Source: Stegostoma tigrinum (taxonomy: Eukaryota). Taken from it: a stretch of DNA of 64,000 bases. The notes beneath the pieces were generated by a model. It saw nothing but the letters and a program-made list of their open reading frames with translations. It made no database searches and had not been told where the DNA came from. This document shows positions 1-12,620 of this stretch, in pieces. Location of the stretch: positions 28,497,989-28,561,988 of the forward strand of contig NC_081373.1 of assembly GCF_030684315.1 (NCBI RefSeq), given 5' to 3'. How positions within the stretch are numbered: the first letter of the stretch is position 1; every line of letters starts with the position of its first letter. The translations under genes and the position numbers were made by a program.

Positions 1-1243
1 AGGATACTGCTTTTCATTTGGTCAGAAACACTGGAGGATGATTTTAAGGAATCTGAGCAAATTTATTACAATAAAGATCTTCTTGAACTGCTGACCATTA
101 TTGAAGGTTTCATACTAACCACTAATATTCAAGACTACTAAATAGAAATTTAACTCTTTGTTTTCAAGTAACTGAATAAGTAAAATATGATTTTATTAAA
201 TAGCATTCCAGCATTTTACAGATGTTTTGGAACTTAAATGTAATTTTCTCCATTTATAATTAAACCTATTTATAATGATGACTGAACCAAATTGCATTTT
301 TAATTGCATAAATTGCTAGATATTCCAGAACTTTTACTGGAGTAGATTCTGCAAAAAAAACCTTAACATCAATGGCTTTCTTGGCGATGTGATTGTCTCA
401 AATATGTTTATATAAATAACTAACAAATAGACCAGGAATGACTCTTGAACTTAGTCAAACCTCCCATAAAATTCAGCTGGTCCAAAGCTCTGTTCTCCAT
501 GTTCTGACTCTCATTAGGTCCTATTCATCGATCAGCCCTGTACTCACTGTGCTGTATTAGCTCATATCCAGGTACAGTCAAATGAAAATTCTCATCTTTA
601 TATTCAACTTGCACTGTGGCTTTGTTGGCACTCCTTTGTAACATCCTCAAATATCATAGATTTTCAACAACTCCATCTTTCGCTACTGTTTTCCTTTCAT
701 GAAGCCTCCATTTCCTTCATCTCTCTGCTGGCTACATTGAGTTATCTTGGCCCTGAGCTCTGAAATTCCCTCCGTAAACCTGTCTTTCTGGTCTCCATCA
801 AAATGCTCCTTAAAATGGACCACTTTCCAAGATCCTTTGTTTCTTTGTGTCACGTCTTGTCTGAGAATGATGGTGTGAAATAATTTGGCTCAGCTCATTA
901 TGCTAAAAAAATGGTGTAGAATGCCAACTATTGTTTGACTGATTTTAGTCAATTATTCTAAGGATTCTAAAATTCATCTATCTGCAATTTTCGCTAAAAT
1001 CTGTCATTTAATCTTACTTTAATTGTTTTAGAACGACCCATCTGGAACCGTGTCTTTGAACAATGAACTAGGATTCATCCGGATCAGCTATGGCAATCTT
1101 ATAATTAATGTCTGCTATATAGGTTCATATGTTGCTATAACCATTGGGGTGGACGTATCAAGAGGACTTTGGAATTTGGACAAGGTAGATTAGTATTTTA
1201 GGAACAACTTGGATAAGCCCATGTGCTGCCGCGTCCAGCGGTG

Positions 1244-1723
1244 ATTCACATGGATGATCCCTGGAATGGTAGGTTTAGCGTATGATGAACGGCTAAGGAT
1301 CCTGGGATTGTACTCATTAGAGTTTAGAAGGTTGAGGGGAGATCTAATAGAAACTTACAAGATAACGTATGGTTTAGAAGGGGTGGACGCTAGGAAGTTG
1401 TTTCTGTTAGGCGGGGAGACTAGGACCCGTGGGCACAGCCTTAAAATTAGAGGGTGTAAATTTAAAACTGAAGTGAGACGACATTTCTTCAGCCAGGGAG
1501 TGGTGGGCTTGTGGAATTCATTGCCGCAGAGTGCAGTGGAGGCCGGGACATTGGATGCCTTCAAGGCAGAGATCGACAAATTCTTGATATCAAAAGGAAT
1601 CAAGGGCGACAGAGAGAGTGCGGGGAAGTGGTGTTGAAATGCCCATCAGCCATGATTTAAATGGTGGAGTGGACTTGATGGGCCGAATGGCCTTACTTCC
1701 ACTCCTATGTCTTATGGTCTTAT
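1244..1723 (+). mobile_element. 5'-truncated CR1-clade LINE (3' end of ORF2 plus 3' UTR)
   Basis: ORF YDERLRILGLYSLEFRRLRGDLIETYKI...TRGHSLK...FFSQ..V..WNSLP is the typical CR1 ORF2 C-terminus. Short-repeat tail tcttatggtcttat. Confidence 0.92.
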
Positions 1724-4700
1724 ATATTTCCTGTGTGTTAAAATACTTCACCCTGAAAACAGGTACGAACTGAATTTTCAAACTAAACAGAATTGCTTTC
1801 CTATTTTAAACTGCTAAAGTGCAAGAAGTGTGGAAGTTAAAATAAGGTAAATCACTGCCTGTTTGCATACATGCTTTATGACCAGTAGGTCCAACCCAAT
1901 GTTAGCAAGAAACTTAAACTGACAACGAGAGCACACAGTTTAGTGAAGTAATTTTTGCATCATAAACTGCCTTCTCACAATGCACTAGCAATGAAATAAT
2001 TAACCTGTTAAAAATCATTTTGGTGATTGATTGAAAGATGTACTATGGTTCACAAACTTGAAGAACTCCCTATTCGATTAATGCCATTTGATATTTGTTC
2101 TTGGGGAATGGAGAAATGTCTAACATCTTATCCACAGGTCTGCATCTTCAACAATTAAACATACCTGCATTACTGAGATACATAAATTATGCATTCAACT
2201 CCTGGCATTTGTTTAATCCACAACATTCCAACCAAGAGGTGAGATTGTACACTGAGGCAAAGTGATATATTTGCGATCACCTTGTAAAGTCAGTGTCTCT
2301 ACTTAAAAAGAATCCAAAATTCCATCATTAAAACTTCATGTCTAAAATGAATTTGATTCATCTATTGTGTAAATACATTATAACAACATGTACAATTACT
2401 TGACATGACTTGATTAAAAACATGCTGTACAGATTATCTTCTGACTTAAATGTATATTTTGGAACCCTGAAAATGACAACATTTTTGTACCATAGATGTA
2501 TTTATTTGTTAGGCACTGCTGGTTATTAATTTAGAATTTAATCTAAAATTAAGGCCAAAACTTATTAAATTCTGTACCAATAGCCAGTAATGCAGATTAG
2601 AAAGAAATGAACTTACCGAACATAAAACAAATGACTCTTCTTTCTCACTGACCATTGTAACCCATTTTTTGTCATCAATTTAGAATCAATAAAGAAGAAT
2701 TCAGCAGACAGTATAGCTTTAAATTTACATAATCTCCACTTCCAAAGGGACATGAGAAAGATGATTGTTTTGGTCAACATGACACAGCTATTTTGTACTA
2801 AATACTAACCAAAAATATACTGAAAACAAGTAATCATAAATAAAATACCTTGTTAAATTCCATCAGTTTTCAACCTTGAAGGCACAAAAGGTATGTAAAT
2901 TTTATTTGTTTTGGTGACAGGCATATTTAATGGAGTCAGTTAAAGAACAATCTAAACTTTACAATCAACAATGCACCATTCCTGTACAGCAATTGGTGGG
3001 GCCTGTGACAGACAGACACTGTAAAAATAATGTTGACTAATTGAGCTCTCATTGAAACTATCTTAGTACAGTCTCTTGTGTTTGAGTCACAATGGAGATT
3101 CATTTGCTTTTTCGTTTCTTCACTTTTGCAAATGTTGATAATTCACTTTGTACTTCCTTCCTTTGTAAGCAACGAGATAATTTCTGCTGGACCTCAATGC
3201 AAGGTCTCTGTACTCCAAGAACACAAGCAGCCACAAACTTCAGATATACACAAGTGAAGTGCCTTGCATTTATTTTACTCCAGAAACTGACCTTAATCCA
3301 ACAACAGATTAGTGCATTCATATTTTTGTGGAATTTGTGATGTCACTCGTTACCAGGGCAGATATTTATATTATGGAATTAGCCTCAGAGGGAGGAGTGT
3401 ATATCTACATTGTATTCCAACATAACATTTTTTTAAAAAGTGCTTCGAGTTTCCAAAATCTAATTGTAAAGGAGAGTGTTTGCAGATTATACATTGAACT
3501 CAGTTTAGAATATGTATTTTGCACGAAATATTGACATAAAAACAATCTAATTTGCTACTTAAAATTCTACATTTTTGATCTAACTATATCCAAAAAGACA
3601 TCATTATATCTAATATCTACAGTATATGTTAGAGGGGAAAGTTCCTGAAATAAATTTCAAGCAAAACTCAACCTGTAAAATCTAAAAAAAGTTTGAAAAT
3701 CAAGGGGTAAAATTTAATTGTGGTTATCCAGCATATCTGCCTTAATTTTGGCAGAGAAATTGCACAAGTCCCAGAAAACAAGATAATTACATTTTATACC
3801 TTGTTCCCAGGATTTTTGCAACTTTCTTCAGTCAAAGCTATTGTTGTTAAGTGGAAGCCCGTCTATGCAAATGCAACTTTCAACAGTGTGAAAGATACAG
3901 ACTGTTAGGAGTTGCAAGCAAAGTAAAATAGCATTAGTAGTAACAAAGGACATTTAGTGCTGTAAGTAAAAAGCTGGAATTAGAATGCTGTGAGAGAGAA
4001 TTAAGCGCCAACATGTTTATGAATGCGGTTATTATTCAAGGTCAAGCAAATTCCGGTGTGTGAGAAATGCACAACACAAGAAAATTCTGATCCAAAGTTT
4101 AGCTTAACTCTTAAAGCATGTGAAATGCCCAAAGATTAACAAACAGATTGAGCTGATGTGCAATGGCAAGAAGGGGATTTGTCTAGATGAATGCTCAAAG
4201 GCTCATGCACTGATCTCACTTACTGGAAGTGATTGAAAAGTGGAACATATCAAGAAATCATAAAACTCAATAAATGATCCTTCTGTAACAAATCAAAGAG
4301 TTTAGTTCATTAAAACAACAAAATTGTTTAACTGTATAAGTATGATATTAAGATTTCAATTTCATCACTATTAAATGTCTTGACTTTATATTGATTCAAT
4401 AAATTACGATTATTATTGGACAATTCTGTTGAGTTCATGCCTTTGCAGTGAAGTAAAAAGATGAGGATTGTCCTAAAATAGGCCACAACATGAATGGTTG
4501 TGCAGTTGTAAGGTCATCCACTGACACTGACCACTTGCAAAATAAAGACCACTACTAAACATAGATAAAGTAGTTATAGCTAGACAGATTTTAGCTATTT
4601 TGAAAACGCAAAATTGTACCAAAACATTTTACATTTTTGCATCATTGATGCAGAAATGTTTCTCTGATCCTTAGAATTGGCATAGAGACATTTCTGAAAA

Positions 4701-5410
4701 TTTTAAGGGACAACTGCTTAGTTTGACATACTTGAAGCAGGTAAATTTGACTTTACAATGGTGAGCTGTTAACTATTGAATAATGAGATGTGAATGCTTA
4801 CCAGATCTAGACAGCTATTTTCAATATATTTAACAAGTAATTTATTTATTCCTTGATAGGCCTTTTGTAGTTCATGTCAAAATATAGAACCTTCAAATGG
4901 TCAGTATTTTCAATGCAGAAAGAACGTACACAAAAATGCATTCAAATAATCTATACAGCTACATGCTATTTCAGTGTACAGTAGAATATCAAAACATACA
5001 TTGGGACAGTAACTGAAGATGACATCTTTTCTGTTATCTCTGCAGTAATGTTTTTTTCACACTAGTGGCTGATGCTTATCAGGATCAGCACTTAACACAC
5101 TAGTGTTAGCCATGGTTCACTCAGATCACTGAAATCTTCACGGAGATAAGAAGTGATGCTACTGTGGAATTTATACGGTAGGAGATATATTAAATTGTGC
5201 TGCACCAATATACTTTGAAGTGGTCTAATCCTAGGCCATAACTACATCAGAGGACAGAAAAAAAGCATTCTAAAGTATCCACGAAAGGAAGAAAAAGTGA
5301 GGCAAGTAAATCATTCCCTCTTATTACATATTTAATATTCTCAATATGAAGCAACATTAGTCCAATAAGTATTGAAACTGAATACCAGCTCTTAATTAAG
5401 TGCTGTAATG

Positions 5411-6342
5411 TTAATTCTGCTTATGTTGACCCCGAGCAAAATGACAAGCAAAATCATATTTGTCTCTACATTTACATCCACATATGTTACATTGGAATGG
5501 GTTCTTGTAACCATGGCATCCCATGTGAATCGTATAAAGGATATTGTCTGCAAAATACATGTCACAGTGTTGGCAATGATGCAGAAGTTGGGGATCCTGG
5601 ACTTGAAGAGCAGGAGCAGGGGTGCTAGGCTGGCTGTTCGTCACGCTGGGTGTACTTGTATGAGCACTATGCTCACTACTGGGGCCAGCCACAGGACTGA
5701 AGTTCCGCTGATTTTGCGTGTGACATGCATCTGGACTGATAGGGGATGAGCTTTGGGCCACACTGGAAGCTACCGTGGAAACGACTGGAGCTGTAGACTG
5801 TGAGATCACATATGGTTTTTCATCCCTGCAGGTTACCACCTCAGGAGATGCTGGAGCTTGGTTTTCAGGTGGAAGGCTGGACAATTGGCCTGCTAAGGTA
5901 GAAAGCTGGTTTAATGGATTATCCACCATAATATCTTGCGTGTCCCTCGAAATCCCACCAGACTGTACTTTTTGCAAACCCTCATAGGAGTTAGCTGACA
6001 TATCATGAGAAAAGTCACTGAGGTAATCTGGCTTCTGTATCATCATGGAAGAAGGACTTAGATTAATCAGAAGTCTTGTCCCATAACTCAGGGAGTTGTT
6101 AGTTTTTTTCTGCAAAATGCCCAACATTTTCTTATTGGTCAGGCAGGTCCTAGCACCTTTCAAGGGAAGAAGTTTGTGCCTACGTCTACGGTGATGGGAC
6201 AGGTTACTTCGATCACTGCAGCAGAAAGAGCAAAGCTCACATTTGTATGGTTTTTCACCCGTGTGTGAGCGCATGTGTGCTTCGAGGTGCCGCTCATACG
6301 CTGAAGCAAACGGGCATAGGTGACATCTGTGGGGCTTCTCAC
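5411..6342 (-). CDS. IKZF5: IKZF5 copy A, last coding exon (932 nt; zinc fingers 2-3 and the two C-terminal oligomerisation fingers)
   Basis: Acceptor gatacag|GT GAG AAG CCC, reading GEKPHRCHLCPFASAYERHLEAHMRSHTGEKPYKCELC...HHCQHCDMYFADNILYTIHMGCHG...CNICGCKC..YDFACHFARGQH, with TAA at 5411-5413. Spliced CDS is 133+180+932=1245 nt, or 414 aa. Confidence 0.97.
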
Positions 6343-7958
6343 CTGTATCAGAAAGAATAGATCAGCAAACCTTGCCATTTTCTCTCTCTTTTTGCATTTT
6401 TCTCATTTTTCCTCCGCCAAGTAGCTTGTCCTTTAGCTAGGAGTGCGATAGAGCGGTGGAACTCTAAGATCACTGTCAACAATCCCATCTGGTTGTCAAC
6501 ATGGTTGCCATGTAAGAAGTCTGGATAGTTTTGTTTTTCTTTCCTCGTGGTGAGGTAGTTCAGATTTATGGATTATTTTCTGTAGTGGGTCAATTACAAA
6601 CTGATGAAACTCTACCCACGTAGCTGATGGATATGTGTCGATTGGATTTTTGCACCCTACGCACTATCACGTTAAAGGTCTGGACTTTTAGCTAACATGG
6701 AAAATGACGAGGTGACTTGAAATTATCTTAACTACTGAGCTACTTGGTTATCCGCCATCTGCTTTTGAATGAGATCTCATTAAAAATGTTGAGAATGAAA
6801 TATGTTTCCAATTGAAAAATCAACACAAAATAACTTGCCTCTTACAGGATGCATTTTGAAAATCAGAGGTGACAGCAGTTCCTGTATTTCCACATCATAA
6901 CATAATGTATATTATGGCTGCCATTCTCTAATTCCAAAAAACTTTCAAACATTAATATCAGAATAAACTGTTGCTGTTATATGCTGATTTTACAGCATTA
7001 TATATCCTACTTAGAGGAGCAGTACTGTACTATGCTATAGTTGGCTTAACCAGATGGTACTGAATACTTTAATCCTTACCTGCTTTTTCGTTAGTCGTGG
7101 CCCTTTTCACTTTAAACAGGGGAGACTCACCATCGGTACTCCTTTTAAAAAAAATCAAACTGTTACAAAGAATTGTGATCAAATTTAACATCCTTCAGTT
7201 TATGTGTTGTGAGAAAATTGGTACTTAAAAAGGGAGAACAATAGTTTCTGGAGAAATCCCTGCAAGAAGTCGATGTTCCTAAGTGACAGAACCTAACAGT
7301 GTGGAGAAACTGAAATCAACACCGATACCATAAAAACAACAGAAGAATCATTTACCTAAACTGAGTTAATGAATGTATCACAATGTCAATCTAAGTGCCT
7401 TACAGTGCCAAACAGCAAATGATCATAAACTACTTCCAACAATGAAGTTAGCACCACAACTTTAACCAAAGGAATCCAATACCGACATGGCAGAAAAGAA
7501 AAATTAACTGTATTTTAAGGGGGCTGTGATGGTGAGACTCCATTTAAGTCAATTTATGTTAAGGAATAGTTTTACACATCACACTCAATGAATACCACAA
7601 ACTTAACATCAACCTGGATGCTAAATGCCGCGGTCTGGTCTCAGTTAAAACTTAGCAATTTTGTAGAAATTATTCTCTTCATTAAAACAACATTTATCAA
7701 GAGGCAAGCTTGCCCCGAATCATACCACCAACCATCTCTGTACCAACCTCATTATCAAAATGAGTCAAAAGGTTGATTATCTCATTTTTAATTGACGTTC
7801 CAGGAATTTGGATTTGATACTACTGAGCATGTTCATTAAATTAGTGTGTTTGCACCTTATTGTTCAGTACTGCTCCTTTAAGTAGTTAGAATAGAAATAA
7901 ACATATTTGATAATAGCTTCTATTTTAGAACATGTGGAAGTCAATGTAGAGTCATTAC

Positions 7959-8138
7959 CTGTGTGCATTCTGATATGCTCCATCAGGCGTGCGGTCCCTT
8001 TACTAGCGTAGTTGCAGTATCGGCATTTTAGTTTTCCATCATATGTTCTTTCAAACCCGTCAGCCATGAGCCCAGAGCCGTCATCCAATGAAACTTCAAC
8101 TGAAGCATGATGGATTCCATTTTGATCATTTTCTGATC
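7959..8138 (-). CDS. IKZF5: IKZF5 copy A, second coding exon (180 nt; zinc finger 1)
   Basis: (G)SENDQNGIHHASVEVSLDDGSGLMADGFERTYDGKLKCRYCNYASKGTARLMEHIRMHT(G). Acceptor ctgcag| and donor G|GTAATG, phase 1/1. Confidence 0.95.
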
Positions 8139-10403
8139 CTGCAGTAATAAATCCCAAAAAGTGGGAAGAATTAAAAATACAATTCTCTGCAATTTGAAAT
8201 AAAGGCAGCTCCAATTAGAAGAGAATATCTTTTTAAGATGCAGGTGACACTAATGGAAATGTATTGTCATTCACAAATTATGTCAACTTTTCTACATTTA
8301 TAGTAAATATTAAGAGCTGCATGGAAGACACTTTTGAAAATCTGTTTTCTACTTCTACAAAAATTTCCTGTGGCATTTCTCATTGACAGTAAATATGCTT
8401 GTGTAAATCATTGATTCTGGAATCAAAGTCAAATTTCACTTTAACTGAATGTAATATTTAGTCAGAAAACCATTCTCAGACATAACAATATGCATTCAGC
8501 TAACACAAACAGATAAAAGCTCTAATGAGTAAAATGCCAGCACAGCACAGGAACCATAGATGAAAAAATATGAAGAGATTTTCTTTCTGTAATTGACTTT
8601 CCATTAAGACGGAGCTTGAATTTATATAGTAACTTCCTTGGCCTCTGAACATCCTAGAGTAATTAAGCCAATTAAGTACTCAAAGTATTGTAATTGATAT
8701 AATATAGAGATAACTTCGTCAATTTGTACGTAGCAAGGTCCAAACAGAAATTAACTCATCTAAGTGGCCTTTTTCTGAGGAATAAAATGATGGATAGTTT
8801 ACCTAGAGAACTGCTCTGCTCTTAAAATAGTGTGTTAGAATGTTTATGGCCACCTGAGAGAACAGATGGACCTTTAGTTTAATATCTCATCAGAAACATG
8901 GCACCAAAGACACAGCAGCACTTCCACCGGACTGGATTAACATGCTTGATTCTCGAGCCAGGTTTAAGTTCATGACGTGATTCAGATGAACTAGTATAAC
9001 CATTGAGGTAAGGCTAACAGTATAAAATTGATTTACACAGCAGCTTTCAACAAAACATATCACCTATGTATCAAATCTCCAATGGTAGTGCATGTAATAA
9101 AGTAGAATCTATTCTCTAACTGTATCTGTTTTATTTTCATTGTTGGTTGTCTCCTTGCCTCTCTTTTTCTGCCTGTTTCTCTCTCCTTAACTCTTTATTT
9201 CTCACTTTAATTTCCTTTGTTCCTTTCAGATGGTGGGTGGCATGGAGTGCTGTGGTAGGGTAATAAGTCATCAAAGGCCTTCAAATAAGAATTACACAGA
9301 AAATAAGGCTCTTACAACTTTCCTTCCCAACCCTTCCCTTTCTCCCCTTGCCCCACAATCACCCGTGCTCGTGTTTTCACATCGGAATTGTTCCCTGTAC
9401 CTTTACCTTTCCATACCCTCAGCAGCTTAACCACCACTTATTCTACGATCATTCACTTCATCCATAACACTTTGACCTATTGTTGCCCTCTTACTGCATC
9501 CCAGGATAGTTTGCATTGCCCTCAAATCCATTTTATCTATATCTTTCTCAAAGAGGCATCATTTTATATTTTGAAAAGGCAGATTCAAACAGAGAAACTC
9601 TTGTCTGTTTAACCTAAGAATCATCTTTTGAACTGTTAACAGCAGACAGTGAAATAATGATTTGGCTTCAGAATTCACCTGGAGTTGTTTTTGTTGAAAG
9701 CTCAACTATTAGCATGAGGAAGAATGAAAACAACAACCACAACAGGTGTGCACTAAGTACATAATACGACTGTAGTTGAATAAAGCTTTTGAAGTTTGTC
9801 CTCTAGGATTTCTTCAATTAATTAGAAAAACAACTGCAAGGATTTGAAGGAAAATACAATATGGAAGAATGAATTGGCCACAGAGTTTGGGAAACAAGTG
9901 TGTGCAGTGTCAAATAGTGAAAGACAGGACAAGTACCACATTAAAAGGTACATAACTTTCCAGGTGGGGAGCAAAATACTGGAAAAGAGTGCTGCAAAAG
10001 ATCAATAACAACCCTTCCTATGCATTTACCCCTCCAATACCTTTTAAATGTTTTAACTGCCTCCACCACTTTCTCTGGCAGCTCATACCATGCACATGCC
10101 ACCCTCTTGTCATTAAAACACAACCAGTAACATTATTGTTAATGAATGAATTTATTGAAAAATAACAGGCTAACGACACAAATTTTCAATTGCTTTTTGT
10201 AAAATCAGGCAAAAGGTTTTCTGATAGCCTGATACATTTTTAAGTTGTACAATCTATAATCTACGGTACACTGTTGGCTGGTTTGCTGCATTTTTCTTCA
10301 GAAAGCATTTAGTTTATTGAAAAGAAAATATTTTCGACCAATGTTAACTCTCCTAGCTTAGGTCCTCAAAGACAGACGTTTAATTCAGTTGAGTGGAGAT
10401 TTT

Positions 10404-10533
10404 AGAGATAATGGGAACTGCAGATGCTGGAGAATCCAAGATAACAAAGTGTGGAGCTGGACGAACACAGCAGGCCAATCAGCATCTTAGGAGCAGAAAA
10501 GCTGACGTTTCGGGCCTAGACCTCTCTGATGAC
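10404..10533 (-). mobile_element. Short Penelope-like-element terminus with target-site duplication, in an IKZF5-A intron
   Basis: Family core gggaactgcagatgctggagaatccaagataacaaagtgtggagctgga...gctgacgtttcgggcctagacc, flanked by gagtgga(g/a)atttt at 10391-10403 and 10534-10546. Confidence 0.7.
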
Positions 10534-10680
10534 GAGTGGAAATTTTAATTTGACAGTCCTGATTCAGGATTTCCTTTTTCTATGACTCTAAGTAACCGTA
10601 GCAGACAAGTCAGTCTGAGAGTGACATGCCAGTACTCACCATGCGCAAAACATAATTTTTGCATGTAAACATGACCTTAC

Positions 10681-10813
10681 CAGTTTGTAGAGATTCTGGG
10701 TCCTTCTCCACACCAACTGAGCCAGATATCATATTCACATGTTGAGTCTGCTGAGTGAGGTACTCCTGGAAATCCTTGACGAAGTCTACAGAAGCAGCTC
10801 TTTTCTCATCCAT
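10681..10813 (-). CDS. IKZF5: IKZF5 (Pegasus) copy A, first coding exon (133 nt)
   Basis: Encodes MDEKRAASVDFVKDFQEYLTQQTQHVNMISGSVGVEKDPESLQT, matching the IKZF5 N-terminal DFVKDFQEYLTQQ motif. Donor G|GTAAGG at 10680, phase 1. Upstream acceptor ttttttcaag| places the exon start at about 10847. Confidence 0.95.
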
Positions 10814-11957
10814 AATCTCTCAATGGTTCAAGAAATTGCTTTATTTCCTTGAAAAAAGAAAATACAACTTTTGAGGAGTACATTGTGAAGAACAACACTG
10901 AAATTAAATAAAATGTGAATGTTATAGCAATAGCATTTTTTGACAAATGCCTGATATCTATTTATATTTCAATTGAGGTGATCGAATGATTACATTTAAT
11001 TAACAGAACAGTACAACAAAGTTGCTCTGATGGAAACGTGAGGAGTTTTAATTGCTCAGTAGGAAAACCTAACACTACATAGCAGTATGGACTTAATATA
11101 GAGAACTGCTTCCTAAAACAGTTCTGTGAAATGATACTGAAGTGCTAACTCCCAAGTCTTTTTCAAAGCACATTTACATCAGCACAGAATCACATAAATA
11201 GGAAAACTAATTTATTCAGAAGCTTTGAAATCAGTGAAAACTCACTCAGCTGATATCACATCACTCCCTGTACATTTTTATGACTTGAGGGAATTGTACA
11301 AAGCATCAAACACTTGTAGAGTCCAAGCAACAGCACAAAATTTGTAAGAAACTGGTGTTCGCTTTATATAGCACTGATGGAATGGGTCTTCCTTCAAGCT
11401 GCTGGATGCATGTTCAGTTTCAGAGGTTAAGAGAGGATATTAGCTGCATTGTCGAGACCCAAAACAACATGTATGCTGTTAAGCTAGTTTGGAATGCTGA
11501 ATAAAATCTTTAAAAATAGTCTGGCTTCTCTGTATTCTTCTGATGGTTGTCCACTGTGTGCACACTAATGTCCTCACATCTGTAGTACCTGGTATAAAAA
11601 GACTGAAATGTTTACAAGCATCAGGTGCTAATTTGAAGCTCTAACATCCTGTAGATAATATTATACTTGCAATACTTACAGAACTGCATGTTCACTTTAA
11701 AACCGGTACACAGCTAAGAAAACATGCATCTAAAAGGGCACAAAATTAAGAACTGTGATGCTGGAAATCTGAAAAATGGGTTACTTTCAGCACAGCCAAC
11801 TAATTTTCAGCCATTCATAGTCCCCATCAACACCTATGTAGCTTTTCTTCTTCCATGGCTTACTACCAATAATCCTGACTTTCTTTCTCTTGCTGGGCTC
11901 TGTCTCCGCCTATTGGCGCACTCCTTTTCCTTCCGCCTTCCTTTGTCATCGAGATAA

Positions 11958-12620
11958 ATAGAATATAGAACATCACAGCACAGTGCAGGCCCTTCGGCCC
12001 TCGATATTGTGCTGACCTGTCATACCGATCTCAAGCCCATCCAACCTACAGTATTCCATGTACGTCCACATGCTTGTCCAACGATGACTTAAATATACCT
12101 AAGGTTAGCGAATCTACTACCATTGCAGACAAAGCGTTCCATTCCCTTACTACTCTCTGAGTAAAGAAACTACCTCTGACATCTGTCCTATATCTTTCAC
12201 CCCTCAATTTAAAGCTATGCCCCCTCACGCTCGCAGTCACCATCCTAGGAAAAAGGCTCTCCCTATCCACCCTATCTAACCCTCTGATTATTTAATATGC
12301 CTCAATTAAATCACCTGTCAACCTTCTTCTCTCTAACGAAAACAGCCTCAAGTCCCTCAGCCTTTCCTCATAAGACCTTCCCTCCACACCAAGCAACATC
12401 CTAGTAAATCTCCTCTGCACCCTTTCCAAAGCTTCCACATCCTTCTTGTAATGCGGTGACCAGAACTGTACGCAATACTCCAAGTGCGGCCGCACCAGAG
12501 TTTTGTACAGCTGCAGCATAACCTCATGGTTCCGGAACTCGATCCCTCTATTAATAAAAGCTAAAACACTGTATGCCTTCTTAACAACCCTGTCAACCTG
12601 GGTGGCAACTTTCACGGATC
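11958..12620 (-). mobile_element. 5'-truncated CR1/HER1-type LINE
   Basis: Minus-strand ORFs LYKTLVRPHLEYCVQFWSPHYKKD...RGHSFKL...WNAL. The tail reads atagaatatagaacat on the plus strand. Confidence 0.92.

Noticed and set aside
1-1200. Possible terminal exons of a neighbouring gene (PSTK lies on this side in mammals)
   Set aside because: Short open frames and splice-like sites exist, but I could not recognise any protein similarity.
5408-5987. Plus-strand ORFs mirrored at 26836-27815
   Set aside because: They are antisense shadows of the IKZF5 exons and are similar only because the sense genes are paralogs.
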